From an uncultured Syntrophaceae bacterium (GTDB lineage Bacteria; Desulfobacterota; Syntrophia; Syntrophales; UBA8958), in the NCBI GenBank assembly GCA_964492965.1, contig CAZBME010000006.1, positions 5,672 through 69,671 of the forward strand: 64,000 nt of DNA. The letters are read 5' to 3'. The notes beneath the pieces are model-generated. The model saw only the letters and a program-made list of their open reading frames with translations. It was not told where the DNA came from and did not search any database. Below are positions 9,016 to 17,730 of this stretch, one piece after another. A program made the translations under genes and the position numbers. Position 1 is the stretch's first letter. Each line of letters begins with the position of its first letter.

Positions 9016-10182
9016 ATGAACCACAAACACAGTTCAAAGTTGGTTGTCATTTTTATCATGTTCGCCCTGCTGACGGTCGGCGCCGCTCAGCAGACAGTTG
9101 CCGCCACCGCGATTGACCTTAACCCCAAATTGACAGCGGGCCGGCTTGCCCAGAATACCGATGTCTTTGAGGTCATTTTCGACGCGACCCTGTCCATGAA
9201 CGATATTTACAAAAACAGCACCAAACTAAACCAGGAAAAAGCACTGATCGACCTTTTTAACGATACGATTCCCAACATCAGACTGACAGCGGCGGCCAGG
9301 GCCTTCGGTCAATTCCAGCCTTACGGTGATCCGACCACGAAGCCCCTTTTCGGGCCGAGCGACTACGCAAAATCGGCCCTGTCCCAGGCGATAGCGCCCT
9401 TCACGTCGGGAAGCGGCTTCAGCCCCCTGGATGCAGCCCTTGATGGCGCTGCAGCCGACCTGCGATCACCATCTGGACAGATGGCCGTGATTGCTTTCAG
9501 TGATGGCGAAGATATGGAGGCTTATGCCCCCGTTGCCGCCGCAAGGAGATTGAAGAGCGCCTATGGGGAGAGGATTTGCATTTACACCGTTCACCTGGGA
9601 GACAGTCCCGCCGGCCGGAAGCGGATGCAGCAAGTTGCCGAAGCGGGTCAGTGCGGCTTCATGGTGACTGGAGACAGCATTGCCTCGCCGGAAGGCATGG
9701 CGGACTTTGTGGAAAAGGTTTTCCTGAAGGCCGCCCCGCCCAAACCGGTTGCAAAGGAAGAGCCCATCGTCAAGGAAAAGGTTGCCGAGGCAAAGGTCCA
9801 AGCCCAGGCCGCGCCGGAAGTCAAGTCGGAACCGGTGACGATCGCTCTGGATCTCCAGTTTGCTACGGGAAAATCCAATATCCAGCCCAAATACCATGAC
9901 AAAGTCAAAAAGGTAGCTGATTACATGGTTCAGTACCCGAACACGAAGGCCGTTATTGAGGGCTATACGGATAATGTCGGTAAAGAGGCTGCCAACGTAA
10001 AGCTATCCCAGAACCGGGCCAATAGTGTCAAACAATACCTTGTTAGAAAATTGAAAATTGATGCATCGCGGATTGAAGCAATCGGCTATGGTCCCAAGAA
10101 GCCTGTTGCCAGCAATGCAACGAAAGAAGGACGGCAGCAGAACAGGAGAGTCCATGCCGTCATCAGTGATATGACGAAGTAG
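9016..10182 (+). CDS. Secreted/outer-membrane vWA-like domain protein with C-terminal OmpA/MotB peptidoglycan-binding domain
   Basis: RBS AGGAGG precedes ATG 9016. There is a signal-like N-terminus (KLVVIFIMFALLTVGAAQQTVAA), a vWA-like segment (VIFDATLSM...VIAFSDGED), a Pro/Lys/Glu linker, and an OmpA_C motif (IEGYTDNVGKEAANVKLSQNRANSV...NRRV). Confidence 0.8.
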   Translation: MNHKHSSKLVVIFIMFALLTVGAAQQTVAATAIDLNPKLTAGRLAQNTDVFEVIFDATLSMNDIYKNSTKLNQEKALIDLFNDTIPNIRLTAAARAFGQFQPYGDPTTKPLFGPSDYAKSALSQAIAPFTSGSGFSPLDAALDGAAADLRSPSGQMAVIAFSDGEDMEAYAPVAAARRLKSAYGERICIYTVHLGDSPAGRKRMQQVAEAGQCGFMVTGDSIASPEGMADFVEKVFLKAAPPKPVAKEEPIVKEKVAEAKVQAQAAPEVKSEPVTIALDLQFATGKSNIQPKYHDKVKKVADYMVQYPNTKAVIEGYTDNVGKEAANVKLSQNRANSVKQYLVRKLKIDASRIEAIGYGPKKPVASNATKEGRQQNRRVHAVISDMTK

Positions 10183-10216
10183 TCTCGCTTGTTAGTTCAA
10201 CGTAAGGCTTACAGGG

Positions 10217-10251
10217 GGCCTGTCCGGGCTGGGGAAAAGTGCGGACAGGCC
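10217..10251 (+). terminator. Terminator-like hairpin after the vWA-OmpA gene
   Basis: GGCCTGTCCG (10217-10226) pairs perfectly with CGGACAGGCC (10242-10251) around a 15-nt loop. It is followed by TTCCGCGTCTTGCGTTC, which is only weakly T-rich. Confidence 0.4.
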
Positions 10252-10339
10252 TTCCGCGTCTTGCGTTCAACCGAAGGGTTGAGTATGCCAAACACAGCAG
10301 GACCGATCGGTTTGCAGACATCAGACCGATAACTGCCGG

Positions 10340-11119
10340 TTACTCCTTTTTCAGGAAAATACCCGTCGGATCGCATTCATCCCGGAGTATCCTGATCAGT
10401 TCAGGATCCGGGCGCTCTGTTTCATGAACGTCGGCGGCCACCTTGAGATTCCAGCCCGTATTCTCCCTGATCTGGTCGATCGTGACGCCCGGGTGGTAAG
10501 ATGCCAGATACATTTCCCTGGTGTCGGAATCGAAGCGCAGGATGGCCAGAGTGGAAATGACGACACTGGGGCCGTTGCCGACGAAGCCGTATTGCTCCCT
10601 TTCCTTGCCCCCGCTGAAATAGCCCGGCGTTGTGATGAAATCGACCTTTCCCGGGAAGCGTTGTTTCTGGTGGAGCATCATTACAATCGTTCTTTTGCAA
10701 CAAGCCCCGATATCATTCGAACCGCCACTGCCGGCAAACCGCACGGTCGGCTCATAATAATCGCCGATGACATGGGTATTGAGATTCCCGTATTTGTCGA
10801 TCTGGGCGCCGCCCAGGAATCCGACGTCGATATCACCGGCATGCACGATGCCCAGTCCCTCCATGAGGCCGCCCTGCATGGCGGAGCCGGGAACAAGGAC
10901 GGAATCCGCGACGGAGAAGGGCGTGACGATCGGTTTGCAGTCGATGGCGCCCGATTCATAAATGGCGATGATATCGGGGGCATGAGTTTTCTGGGCCAGG
11001 AAGGCCCCGAGAAGGGGGAGGCCGGTTCCGACGATGACTTTCTCTCCGTCTTTGATTTCTCTTGCCGCGGCCACGGCCATCATTTCCTGAAGGGTGAAGT
11101 CTGTATAGTTGCTAGTCAT
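10340..11119 (-). CDS. Family-I CoA-transferase, subunit B (glutaconate/3-oxoacid CoA-transferase type)
   Basis: 259 aa with DFTLQEMMAVAAAREIKDGEKVIVGTGLP...FAGSGGSNDIG. It sits directly downstream of the A subunit. Confidence 0.85.
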   Translation of the reverse strand: MTSNYTDFTLQEMMAVAAAREIKDGEKVIVGTGLPLLGAFLAQKTHAPDIIAIYESGAIDCKPIVTPFSVADSVLVPGSAMQGGLMEGLGIVHAGDIDVGFLGGAQIDKYGNLNTHVIGDYYEPTVRFAGSGGSNDIGACCKRTIVMMLHQKQRFPGKVDFITTPGYFSGGKEREQYGFVGNGPSVVISTLAILRFDSDTREMYLASYHPGVTIDQIRENTGWNLKVAADVHETERPDPELIRILRDECDPTGIFLKKE

Positions 11120-11131
11120 GATGTCCTCCTT

Positions 11132-12076
11132 TTAGAAGCCATAATTGACGGACGATGAGCTAATGTCTCTCGCTTTCAGATCGAGAAATTTCTGCATCCC
11201 GAAGGTATTGACATATTTCTCCAGATATTGCGCCCTGTCGGAAACGCCATAAATCCACTCGTCCATAAACTTCTGCCACCCTTCCACCGTCTTGGATTCC
11301 TGGATGTACTTGAAGATGAAGGGCCGGTCCACGTCATAATGGCCCTGACAGTTCTTGGGGTGGGCTCCGAATGGCGCCGGGACGACCGCCACCACTTTAT
11401 AACCCGGCAGGATCGTGCGGTTCGGGTCTCTCCCGATGGCTTCACGGGTGGCCAACTCCTCGCAGGAAATGATGACCTTCTTGCAGGCCCTCATGCTCCA
11501 GGGGGCGTCGCCCAGGATGCCCCACATTTGGGCGTTTCCTTCCTCATCGGCCCGCTGGACGTGGAATATTCCGATATCGGGTTGCAAAGCCGGCACCAGG
11601 ACGTGTTCGTATCCCGAACCAAAGGGATCCTTCATCAATTTTGCCTTGTCATCACCCATCCAGGCGGAATATTTGAGCATGTCGGAGCCCTTCATGGAAT
11701 TGATGGGGATATAGGGGATGCCCAGCGATCCCGCCAAAAAACGGGCCATCATGGCGAAATTCGTGTAATCCTCCATCTCGACCTTATGGGGGAACCCCTT
11801 CTCCATGGCCCGCCGGAAGCAATAACAGGGGCCGAAAACCTCCATCCATACGTAGGAGGCGATAATCCGGTCAACGCAACCCGCGCCGATCAGTTGATCT
11901 GCCTGCTCGTTAAAGCTGGCCTGGCAGATCGTCAGATGCTTTTTGTTCTGCCTGATGATCTCGTGGTTGAGTACATAGGAGATACTGTGGAAAAACCCTC
12001 CGCTGGCGACGGTCATGCCGTCTTCAACAAAACCTGATACCGCTTCCCGAGCTGTCATCACTTTTGATGCTTTCAT
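11132..12076 (-). CDS. Family-I CoA-transferase, subunit A (glutaconate CoA-transferase GctA-like)
   Basis: 314 aa with KVMTAREAVSGFVEDGMTVASGGF...LAGSLGIPYIPINSMKGSD, a GctA-like size and pattern. Confidence 0.85.
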   Translation of the reverse strand: MKASKVMTAREAVSGFVEDGMTVASGGFFHSISYVLNHEIIRQNKKHLTICQASFNEQADQLIGAGCVDRIIASYVWMEVFGPCYCFRRAMEKGFPHKVEMEDYTNFAMMARFLAGSLGIPYIPINSMKGSDMLKYSAWMGDDKAKLMKDPFGSGYEHVLVPALQPDIGIFHVQRADEEGNAQMWGILGDAPWSMRACKKVIISCEELATREAIGRDPNRTILPGYKVVAVVPAPFGAHPKNCQGHYDVDRPFIFKYIQESKTVEGWQKFMDEWIYGVSDRAQYLEKYVNTFGMQKFLDLKARDISSSSVNYGF

Positions 12077-12599
12077 GATCGATACCCTCCTTATCGATGG
12101 GACTTATTCCAATTCCAAAGCAAAAACCGATGGGCGTTCAGATACAGACTCTTATAACGTATTGAATTTTGTTGAGCGATGATTTGCGCTCAAGGCATTG
12201 ATCAGAGATCTCAGGTAAAAAAACATTGTTATTAAAAAAAACTTGACGAAATTTAAGCAACTTGAGTATATGTAAGGGAAATAGGGGGTGTTCCATAAAT
12301 TAGTGACTATTTAATAAAGCACCTTTTACATTTTCATGCAGAGCCAATCGATGGATAAACCTACCAGTGCTAAGGTGAAAAGTCAAAACAAAGCTTTTGG
12401 GCTGATCCCTACAAATCATAGACCGGTTTTACGCTAGTGTAACATGTTCCAGTAGTCCTGTGCGGTTGAATTAAGCCGGCATATTACATTTTCACACGTT
12501 CACTGAATCCGTTAGCTTTATTGCCCCAAGTTTGAGGTCGGGGCTGAAACTAATTGTTTGCATGGTATTCATCATCCAAATCAAAGGAGGAGGTAAGAA

Positions 12600-13961
12600 A
12601 TGGGAAAAAGTCAACTGGGTGCTATGGAGCGTTTTGCTTTAGCTATTGAGAAGTATGTGCCCGATGCTATTACGTCGGCGGTCGTCATGATTATTATCTT
12701 GTTTGTCTTTGCCACGGGCATCGGGGTGCCCGTAGAAAAGACGGGAGCGGCCTATTACAAGGGATTCTGGATGCTCCTGGCCTTTACGATGCAGATGACT
12801 CTGATCATTACCCTGAGCTCCGTCTTCGGCCAGTCGCCCCTCTTCCGGAAGGTCGTTCTGATGCTGTCCGGCATTCCCAAGTCGCCATTTCAAGTGATTG
12901 CCATGGCATCCATTTTAACGGCTGTTCTGGCCTATTTTTATTGGGGTTTGGCCATTACCCTGGGGCCGGTCATCGCTGTCTACTTCTGCGGCGAGGCCGA
13001 GAAGAAGGGAATCAAGGTCGATCTTATGGTCTGCCTGGCCACCGTTTTTGCCGCCCATTCGATCTGGCAGTACGGTTTATCCTCCAGTGGGCCACTGCTG
13101 ATGGCTACGCCCGGGCATTTCCTGGAAAAGACCGTAGGAATACTGCCCCTGTCCACGACCATCTGGTCTCCGGCAGCCATCATTATGACAATCGGCTTTA
13201 TCGTTTTGCTTTTGATTGTGTCTCGGTTGCTCTTTCCCAAGCATCCCAAGACGATTGCCAATTATCCCGATGCCTACAAACTGGTTGAGGACCACGCGGC
13301 CGAGGCGGCCGCCATGGCGGAGGAAAAGGACCTGACCTTTTCCCAGAAGGTGGAGCGAAGCCATATCATGGGTTATATCATATGCCTTGGTCTCGTCTAC
13401 TGGCTTTATCAGCATTATTTCGTCAAGAATCTGAGTCTGGATCTGAATGCCTTGAACGCCACCTTCCTGCTGCTTTGCTTCCTCCTGCACCGGAACATCT
13501 ACCGGTTCCAGGAGGCCTTGAAGGAAGGGATCCGGTCGTCCTGGTCCGTCGTCGTGATCTATCACATGTACGCCTTTGCGGCGGGAATCCTCCAGTTTAC
13601 GCCCGCTGGCGAGTACATCGCCAAATTCCTGGGCGAGATCTCGACACCTTATACGTTCCCGCTGCTAATGGCCATATCCGGAGCGATCATTGCCATTTTC
13701 GTCCCCTCCAGTGGCGGGCAGTGGGTTATCCAGGGGTTCGTCACCTCCAAGGCGGCTGCCGCAACCGGCGTTTCATTCCAGAGAGGTCTTATGGCCCTCG
13801 GTATCGGTGACCAGATAGGCAACCTGGTCTCGCCCTTCTGGTATGTCATTGTTGCCGGTATCGCCCGGGTCGATTTCCGCAAGTTCTTTGGGTACGGTAT
13901 GGTCTTTGCCCTTCTGTGGTTTGTCTGGGGGATCATCTGCTTCACCTTTCTCCCCTGTTGA
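12600..13961 (+). CDS. atoE: Short-chain fatty acid transporter (AtoE family)
   Basis: 453 aa, polytopic membrane protein. The N-terminus MERFALAIEKYVPDAITSAVVMIIILFV and the size match the AtoE family. A strong RBS (AAAGGAGGAGG) precedes the ATG. Confidence 0.8.
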   Translation: MGKSQLGAMERFALAIEKYVPDAITSAVVMIIILFVFATGIGVPVEKTGAAYYKGFWMLLAFTMQMTLIITLSSVFGQSPLFRKVVLMLSGIPKSPFQVIAMASILTAVLAYFYWGLAITLGPVIAVYFCGEAEKKGIKVDLMVCLATVFAAHSIWQYGLSSSGPLLMATPGHFLEKTVGILPLSTTIWSPAAIIMTIGFIVLLLIVSRLLFPKHPKTIANYPDAYKLVEDHAAEAAAMAEEKDLTFSQKVERSHIMGYIICLGLVYWLYQHYFVKNLSLDLNALNATFLLLCFLLHRNIYRFQEALKEGIRSSWSVVVIYHMYAFAAGILQFTPAGEYIAKFLGEISTPYTFPLLMAISGAIIAIFVPSSGGQWVIQGFVTSKAAAATGVSFQRGLMALGIGDQIGNLVSPFWYVIVAGIARVDFRKFFGYGMVFALLWFVWGIICFTFLPC

Positions 13962-14041
13962 TGCGGTTTAGATGAAAATCCCTCTACCTCCTTTAGCAAA
14001 GGGGGCAAGTCAATCACGGGGGGCGAGTCATGAGATAACGA

Positions 14042-14079
14042 AGAAGGCGGGAGGGGCCCCAGTCCCTTTCCCGCCTTCT
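14042..14079 (+). terminator. Terminator-like GC-rich hairpin after atoE (no T-tract)
   Basis: AGAAGGCGGGA (14042-14052) pairs perfectly with TCCCGCCTTCT (14069-14079) around a 16-nt loop. The downstream sequence CAGAGAG is not T-rich. Confidence 0.35.
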
Positions 14080-14105
14080 CAGAGAGATCAGGAAGAGGTT
14101 AAAAA

Positions 14106-14870
14106 ATGAAGCTGCAAGGAAAAGTAGCGATTGTGACCGGTGCCAGCAAAGGCATCGGCAAGGGGATCGCCATCCGGTACGCCCAGGAAGGGGCGACAGT
14201 GGTACTGGCCAGCCGTTCCGTGGATTTGCTGGAAGTGATCGCCGCCGATATTCGGAAAGAGGGCGGCAAGGCCCTACCCCTGCCCCTGGATGTCATGCGG
14301 TACGAAAGCATTGAAGGGGTCGTTGCCAGAACGGTGTCCGAATTCGGCCGCCTGGATATCATGGTGAACAATGCGGGCATTTCGATGGCCAAACCATCTG
14401 AAGAACTGGCCATCCAGGATTGGCAGCGGGCTCTGGATACGGACCTGTCCGGGGTTTTCTACGGCTGCCAGTGTGCGGCCAGACAGATGTTTCGTCAGGC
14501 GGAAGGGGGGAGTATTATCAACGTCACCTCCGTATACGGCCTGGTGGCCGCGCCGGGACGGCTTGCCTATTGCGCCAGCAAGGCGGCGGCAAACATGCTG
14601 ACAAAAGTTTTGGCCATCGAATGGGCAAAAAAGAAGGTGAGGGTGAACGCCATCGCCCCCGGTTATATCCGCACGGAACTGGTCCAGGGGGTCATTGACA
14701 GCGGCATGCTGCAGCCCGAAGTGATCGAGAAACGCACGCCTTTGGGGCGGATTGGCGAGGTTTCGGAACTTCTGGGCATCGCCGTTCACATGGCATGTGA
14801 AGAATCGTCTTTCATGACCGGGTCGATCGTCAACGTCGACGGCGGCTGGGAGGCTTACGGCTATTTGTAG
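14106..14870 (+). CDS. Short-chain dehydrogenase/reductase (FabG-like)
   Basis: 254 aa with GKVAIVTGASKGIGKGIA, NNAG and YCASKAA (the TGxxxGxG and YxxxK SDR motifs). Confidence 0.9.
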   Translation: MKLQGKVAIVTGASKGIGKGIAIRYAQEGATVVLASRSVDLLEVIAADIRKEGGKALPLPLDVMRYESIEGVVARTVSEFGRLDIMVNNAGISMAKPSEELAIQDWQRALDTDLSGVFYGCQCAARQMFRQAEGGSIINVTSVYGLVAAPGRLAYCASKAAANMLTKVLAIEWAKKKVRVNAIAPGYIRTELVQGVIDSGMLQPEVIEKRTPLGRIGEVSELLGIAVHMACEESSFMTGSIVNVDGGWEAYGYL

Positions 14871-14986
14871 GGCAATGATGAAGATTTTCGGCATTCCGCA
14901 AAATCTCCCCCCCACTCTTTAGAAAAGTGGGGAGCTGTGATGCTTAAGGCAATGACATTGAGATAATAAATAGGAGCGAATGAAGA

Positions 14987-15910
14987 ATGAACGAGAAAGT
15001 GATTATCACGGCGGCCATTACCGGAGGTATTCATACCCCCACCATGTCACCCTATCTTCCCGTGACACCCAAACAGATTGCCGATGATGCCGTAAAGGCC
15101 TGCGAGGCCGGCGCTGCCGTCTGCCATATCCATGCCCGCAATCCTGAAACGGGGCAACCGACGGCGGATGTCCATATCATCAAGGAGATCATCACCAGTA
15201 TCAAGAGCCGTTGTAATGTCGTGATCTGTATCACCACCGGCGGCGGACTGGGGATGACCGTGGAACAGCGCGTTGCGCCCGTTACGCTCTACAAGCCGGA
15301 ACTTGCTTCTCTGAATGCGGGTTCCACAAACTTTGCCCTCTTTCCGATGATTCCTAAATATAAGAAATGGAAGTTTGAATGGGAAAAACAGTACCTAGCC
15401 ATGTCGGAAGATTTCATTTTTGCCAATACCTTCAAATCCATGCGTGAATTTTGTACGGTTTTTAACAAAATGGGGACCAAGCCGGAATTTGAAATCTACG
15501 ATTCAGGCATGGTGAATAATGTTGCTTTCATGATCCAGGCCGGTTACATCAAGAAGCCCGTTTACATCCAATTTGTCATGGGGGTGCTGGGCGGGATCAC
15601 CCCCAGTGCCGAGAACCTTATGTTTCTCGTCGATTATGCCCGCAGGCAGATCGGGGATTTTGTTTTCTCCGTATGCGTGGCCGGTCGGGCTCAGTTTCCT
15701 ATCTGTACGCAATCGCTTCTCATCGGCGGAAATTGCCGTGTCGGTCTGGAGGACAATCTCTATCTTGAAAAAGGCGAAATGGCTAAAAGTAATGCCGATC
15801 AGGTGGCGAAGATAGTGCGGATCGCCAAAGAGTTGGGTGTTGAGCCGGCATCCCCCGATGATGCCAGAAATATGCTGGGACTCAAAGGGATCCGTAAAGT
15901 CAATTACTGA
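14987..15910 (+). CDS. Beta-keto acid cleavage enzyme (BKACE/DUF849; 3-keto-5-aminohexanoate cleavage enzyme family)
   Basis: 307 aa with VIITAAITGGIHTPTMSPYLPVTPKQIADDAVKACEAGAAVCHIHARNPETGQP, the characteristic BKACE N-terminus. Confidence 0.85.
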   Translation: MNEKVIITAAITGGIHTPTMSPYLPVTPKQIADDAVKACEAGAAVCHIHARNPETGQPTADVHIIKEIITSIKSRCNVVICITTGGGLGMTVEQRVAPVTLYKPELASLNAGSTNFALFPMIPKYKKWKFEWEKQYLAMSEDFIFANTFKSMREFCTVFNKMGTKPEFEIYDSGMVNNVAFMIQAGYIKKPVYIQFVMGVLGGITPSAENLMFLVDYARRQIGDFVFSVCVAGRAQFPICTQSLLIGGNCRVGLEDNLYLEKGEMAKSNADQVAKIVRIAKELGVEPASPDDARNMLGLKGIRKVNY

Positions 15911-16100
15911 CGACCTTGTAAAGCGTGAAATTCTGCATTTCTTCTAGGACTGATTCCTATGAAGGATAAAGGAGGCGTCCCACTTCGGAATCGGACGGCA
16001 TCCGATTGTCTGCAAAGAGCCTTTCATACATATTATCATCGAACCTGCCCGGTAAGAGAAGACGGATGCAGGTCGATTTTATGTTTTGGAGGTAACGGCC

Positions 16101-16289
16101 ATGAAGAAAATGGAGACGCGAGACGGCGGAAATTTTAACGGTATCGCCGGCAATAGTGTGGGAGATCTTAATTTAACGCCCGTTGATATTTTAAAGAAGT
16201 ATGGATCACGAGTGGTCGAACGGTTTGCCGTAAACCTTTACGACTACACCAGGACCGATTACCGCGTCAACTTGACCGCTGCGCTGTAA
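16101..16289 (+). CDS. Hypothetical small protein (62 aa)
   Basis: ATG 16101 lies 7 nt after a GGAGGT RBS. The track ORF starts at TTG 16086. I recognise no family, and coding status rests only on the RBS, the ORF and its operon position. Confidence 0.35.
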   Translation: MKKMETRDGGNFNGIAGNSVGDLNLTPVDILKKYGSRVVERFAVNLYDYTRTDYRVNLTAAL

Positions 16290-16437
16290 GAAACGTACCG
16301 ATCTTCAAATAAATGCCGGCATTTTGATTTGACGGCATCTACGTTTCGAGACTATACTCGCATTGCAGATGGCCTTGTTACGGCTTCATCGTTGATCCAT
16401 TAAAATAATCATGTTCTAATGATTCAAGGGGGAGCAA

Positions 16438-17358
16438 ATGCGAGTGATTTCTGATGCGGAAGTGGCAGGGTTGATCAATATGGGAGAGGCGATCACCGCT
16501 ATGAACGCCGCATTTGAGCAATTTGGAAAAGGCGTGGGCGCAGCTCTGCCTCGCACCCGTGCTGCGGCCACGCATGACGGTCAAACGGCGGCGATTGCCA
16601 CGATGGGTGCGGCCCTTTCCGCCGCCGGCGTGGTCGGCGCGAAGATCTACTCAACCATCAACGGCCAATTCAATTTCGTTATCGTGCTGTTCTCCGCTTT
16701 GACCGGTGAGGCCCTCTGTGTGATTGCCGCCAACGAGATTACCCGATTCCGCACGGCCGCAGCAAGTGCCGTAGCCATGCGTGCATTGGCGCGCAGTGAT
16801 GCAAAAACGCTGTCTATCTTCGGCGCCGGCGTGCAGGCGAACGCACATGCGGAGGCTTTTTTGCTGTCCCATGCCTTTGAGCAGGTTTACGTTGCCGGTC
16901 GCAACAATACGGAAGCTTTTGCCGAACGGATCCAGGCCAGGTTCGGCATAAGGTCTAAAGCCACTGACATGGTGACTGCCGCATCCGAGGGTGATGTAAT
17001 CGCCACCTGTACACGTGCCAGCGAGCCCCTGTTTGACGGAGATTTGGTCAAGGCGGGCACTTTCATCGCCGCCGTCGGATCAAGCAAACCGCAGGCGCGC
17101 GAATTGGATGATAAGCTGCTGTCCCGAGCGGGCCGGATCGTAGTGGAGTGGCTGCCGGCGGCGCAGGCCGAGGCCGGCGAATTTGTGCAAGCCGCCGCCG
17201 ATGTGATTGATCCGGCGCGTGTTGATGAATTGGGCAAGGTCATTGTGCAAGGGAAAAATTATATCCGCCATGAAGACGACATTGTGATCTATAAATCTGT
17301 CGGCATAGGACTGGAGGATGTTGCCCTGGCAAACCTCGTATGGCAGAGGGCACAGTAA
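16438..17358 (+). CDS. Ornithine cyclodeaminase / mu-crystallin family NAD(P)-dependent enzyme
   Basis: 306 aa with TRFRTAAASAVAMRALAR...LSIFGAGVQANAHAEAF...YKSVGIGLEDVALA, the OCD/mu-crystallin pattern. RBS GGGGGAG. Confidence 0.85.
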   Translation: MRVISDAEVAGLINMGEAITAMNAAFEQFGKGVGAALPRTRAAATHDGQTAAIATMGAALSAAGVVGAKIYSTINGQFNFVIVLFSALTGEALCVIAANEITRFRTAAASAVAMRALARSDAKTLSIFGAGVQANAHAEAFLLSHAFEQVYVAGRNNTEAFAERIQARFGIRSKATDMVTAASEGDVIATCTRASEPLFDGDLVKAGTFIAAVGSSKPQARELDDKLLSRAGRIVVEWLPAAQAEAGEFVQAAADVIDPARVDELGKVIVQGKNYIRHEDDIVIYKSVGIGLEDVALANLVWQRAQ

Positions 17359-17394
17359 AAAAGTCCATCCGCACTTTAATCTTCCTGGAAGTGA

Positions 17395-17435
17395 GCATAC
17401 GTCATTTTTGACGGGTATGCCTTGTTTCAATTTGA
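17395..17435 (+). terminator. Rho-independent terminator candidate after the OCD-family gene
   Basis: GCATACGTCA-TTTT-TGACG(GG)TATGC forms a 10-bp stem with a 2-nt bulge at 17395-17420. It is followed by CTTGTTTCAATTTG. Confidence 0.5.
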
Positions 17436-17581
17436 TAATAAGTACAGTTCACGATTGGCAACAGGCATCGTCACCATGCCACATATTTTGCAGTCTATAC
17501 TTTCTTGGCATACCAGACCATGCTTCTTATACTACTTTCCATCAGGAGCAAGTTCTTCTCAAGATAAATCATACAGCGTTA

Positions 17582-17595
17582 TGTGAAATTTCACA
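17582..17595. promoter_or_regulatory. Perfect 14-bp palindrome TGTGA-AATT-TCACA (CRP/FNR-family-like half sites)
   Basis: Read directly at 17582-17595, about 135 bp upstream of the TPR gene. The half sites equal the CRP consensus, but the spacer is 4 nt rather than 6 nt. About four perfect 14-bp palindromes are expected by chance in 64 kb. Confidence 0.2.
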
Positions 17596-17730
17596 GCACT
17601 ACTTTGCGTGTAAACAGATTCAAACGCGTCAAAGTATCGCATGTGATCTGTCTCTTTTTTTCAGAGAAAATATTTGTTTCATACGAAACTACCATGTAAT
17701 ATCATGTGAGTAAATCATCTGGAGGACATT

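Noticed and set aside
16370-16384. Weak sigma-54-like sequences: TGGCCTTGTTACGGC upstream of the OCD-family gene, and a TGGTAA-N5-GAGC on the minus strand at about 8728-8742 upstream of the OFOR operon.
   Set aside because: The GG/GC spacing is right, but the -12 elements (CGGC, GAGC) lack the TTGC core, so these are no better than chance matches.
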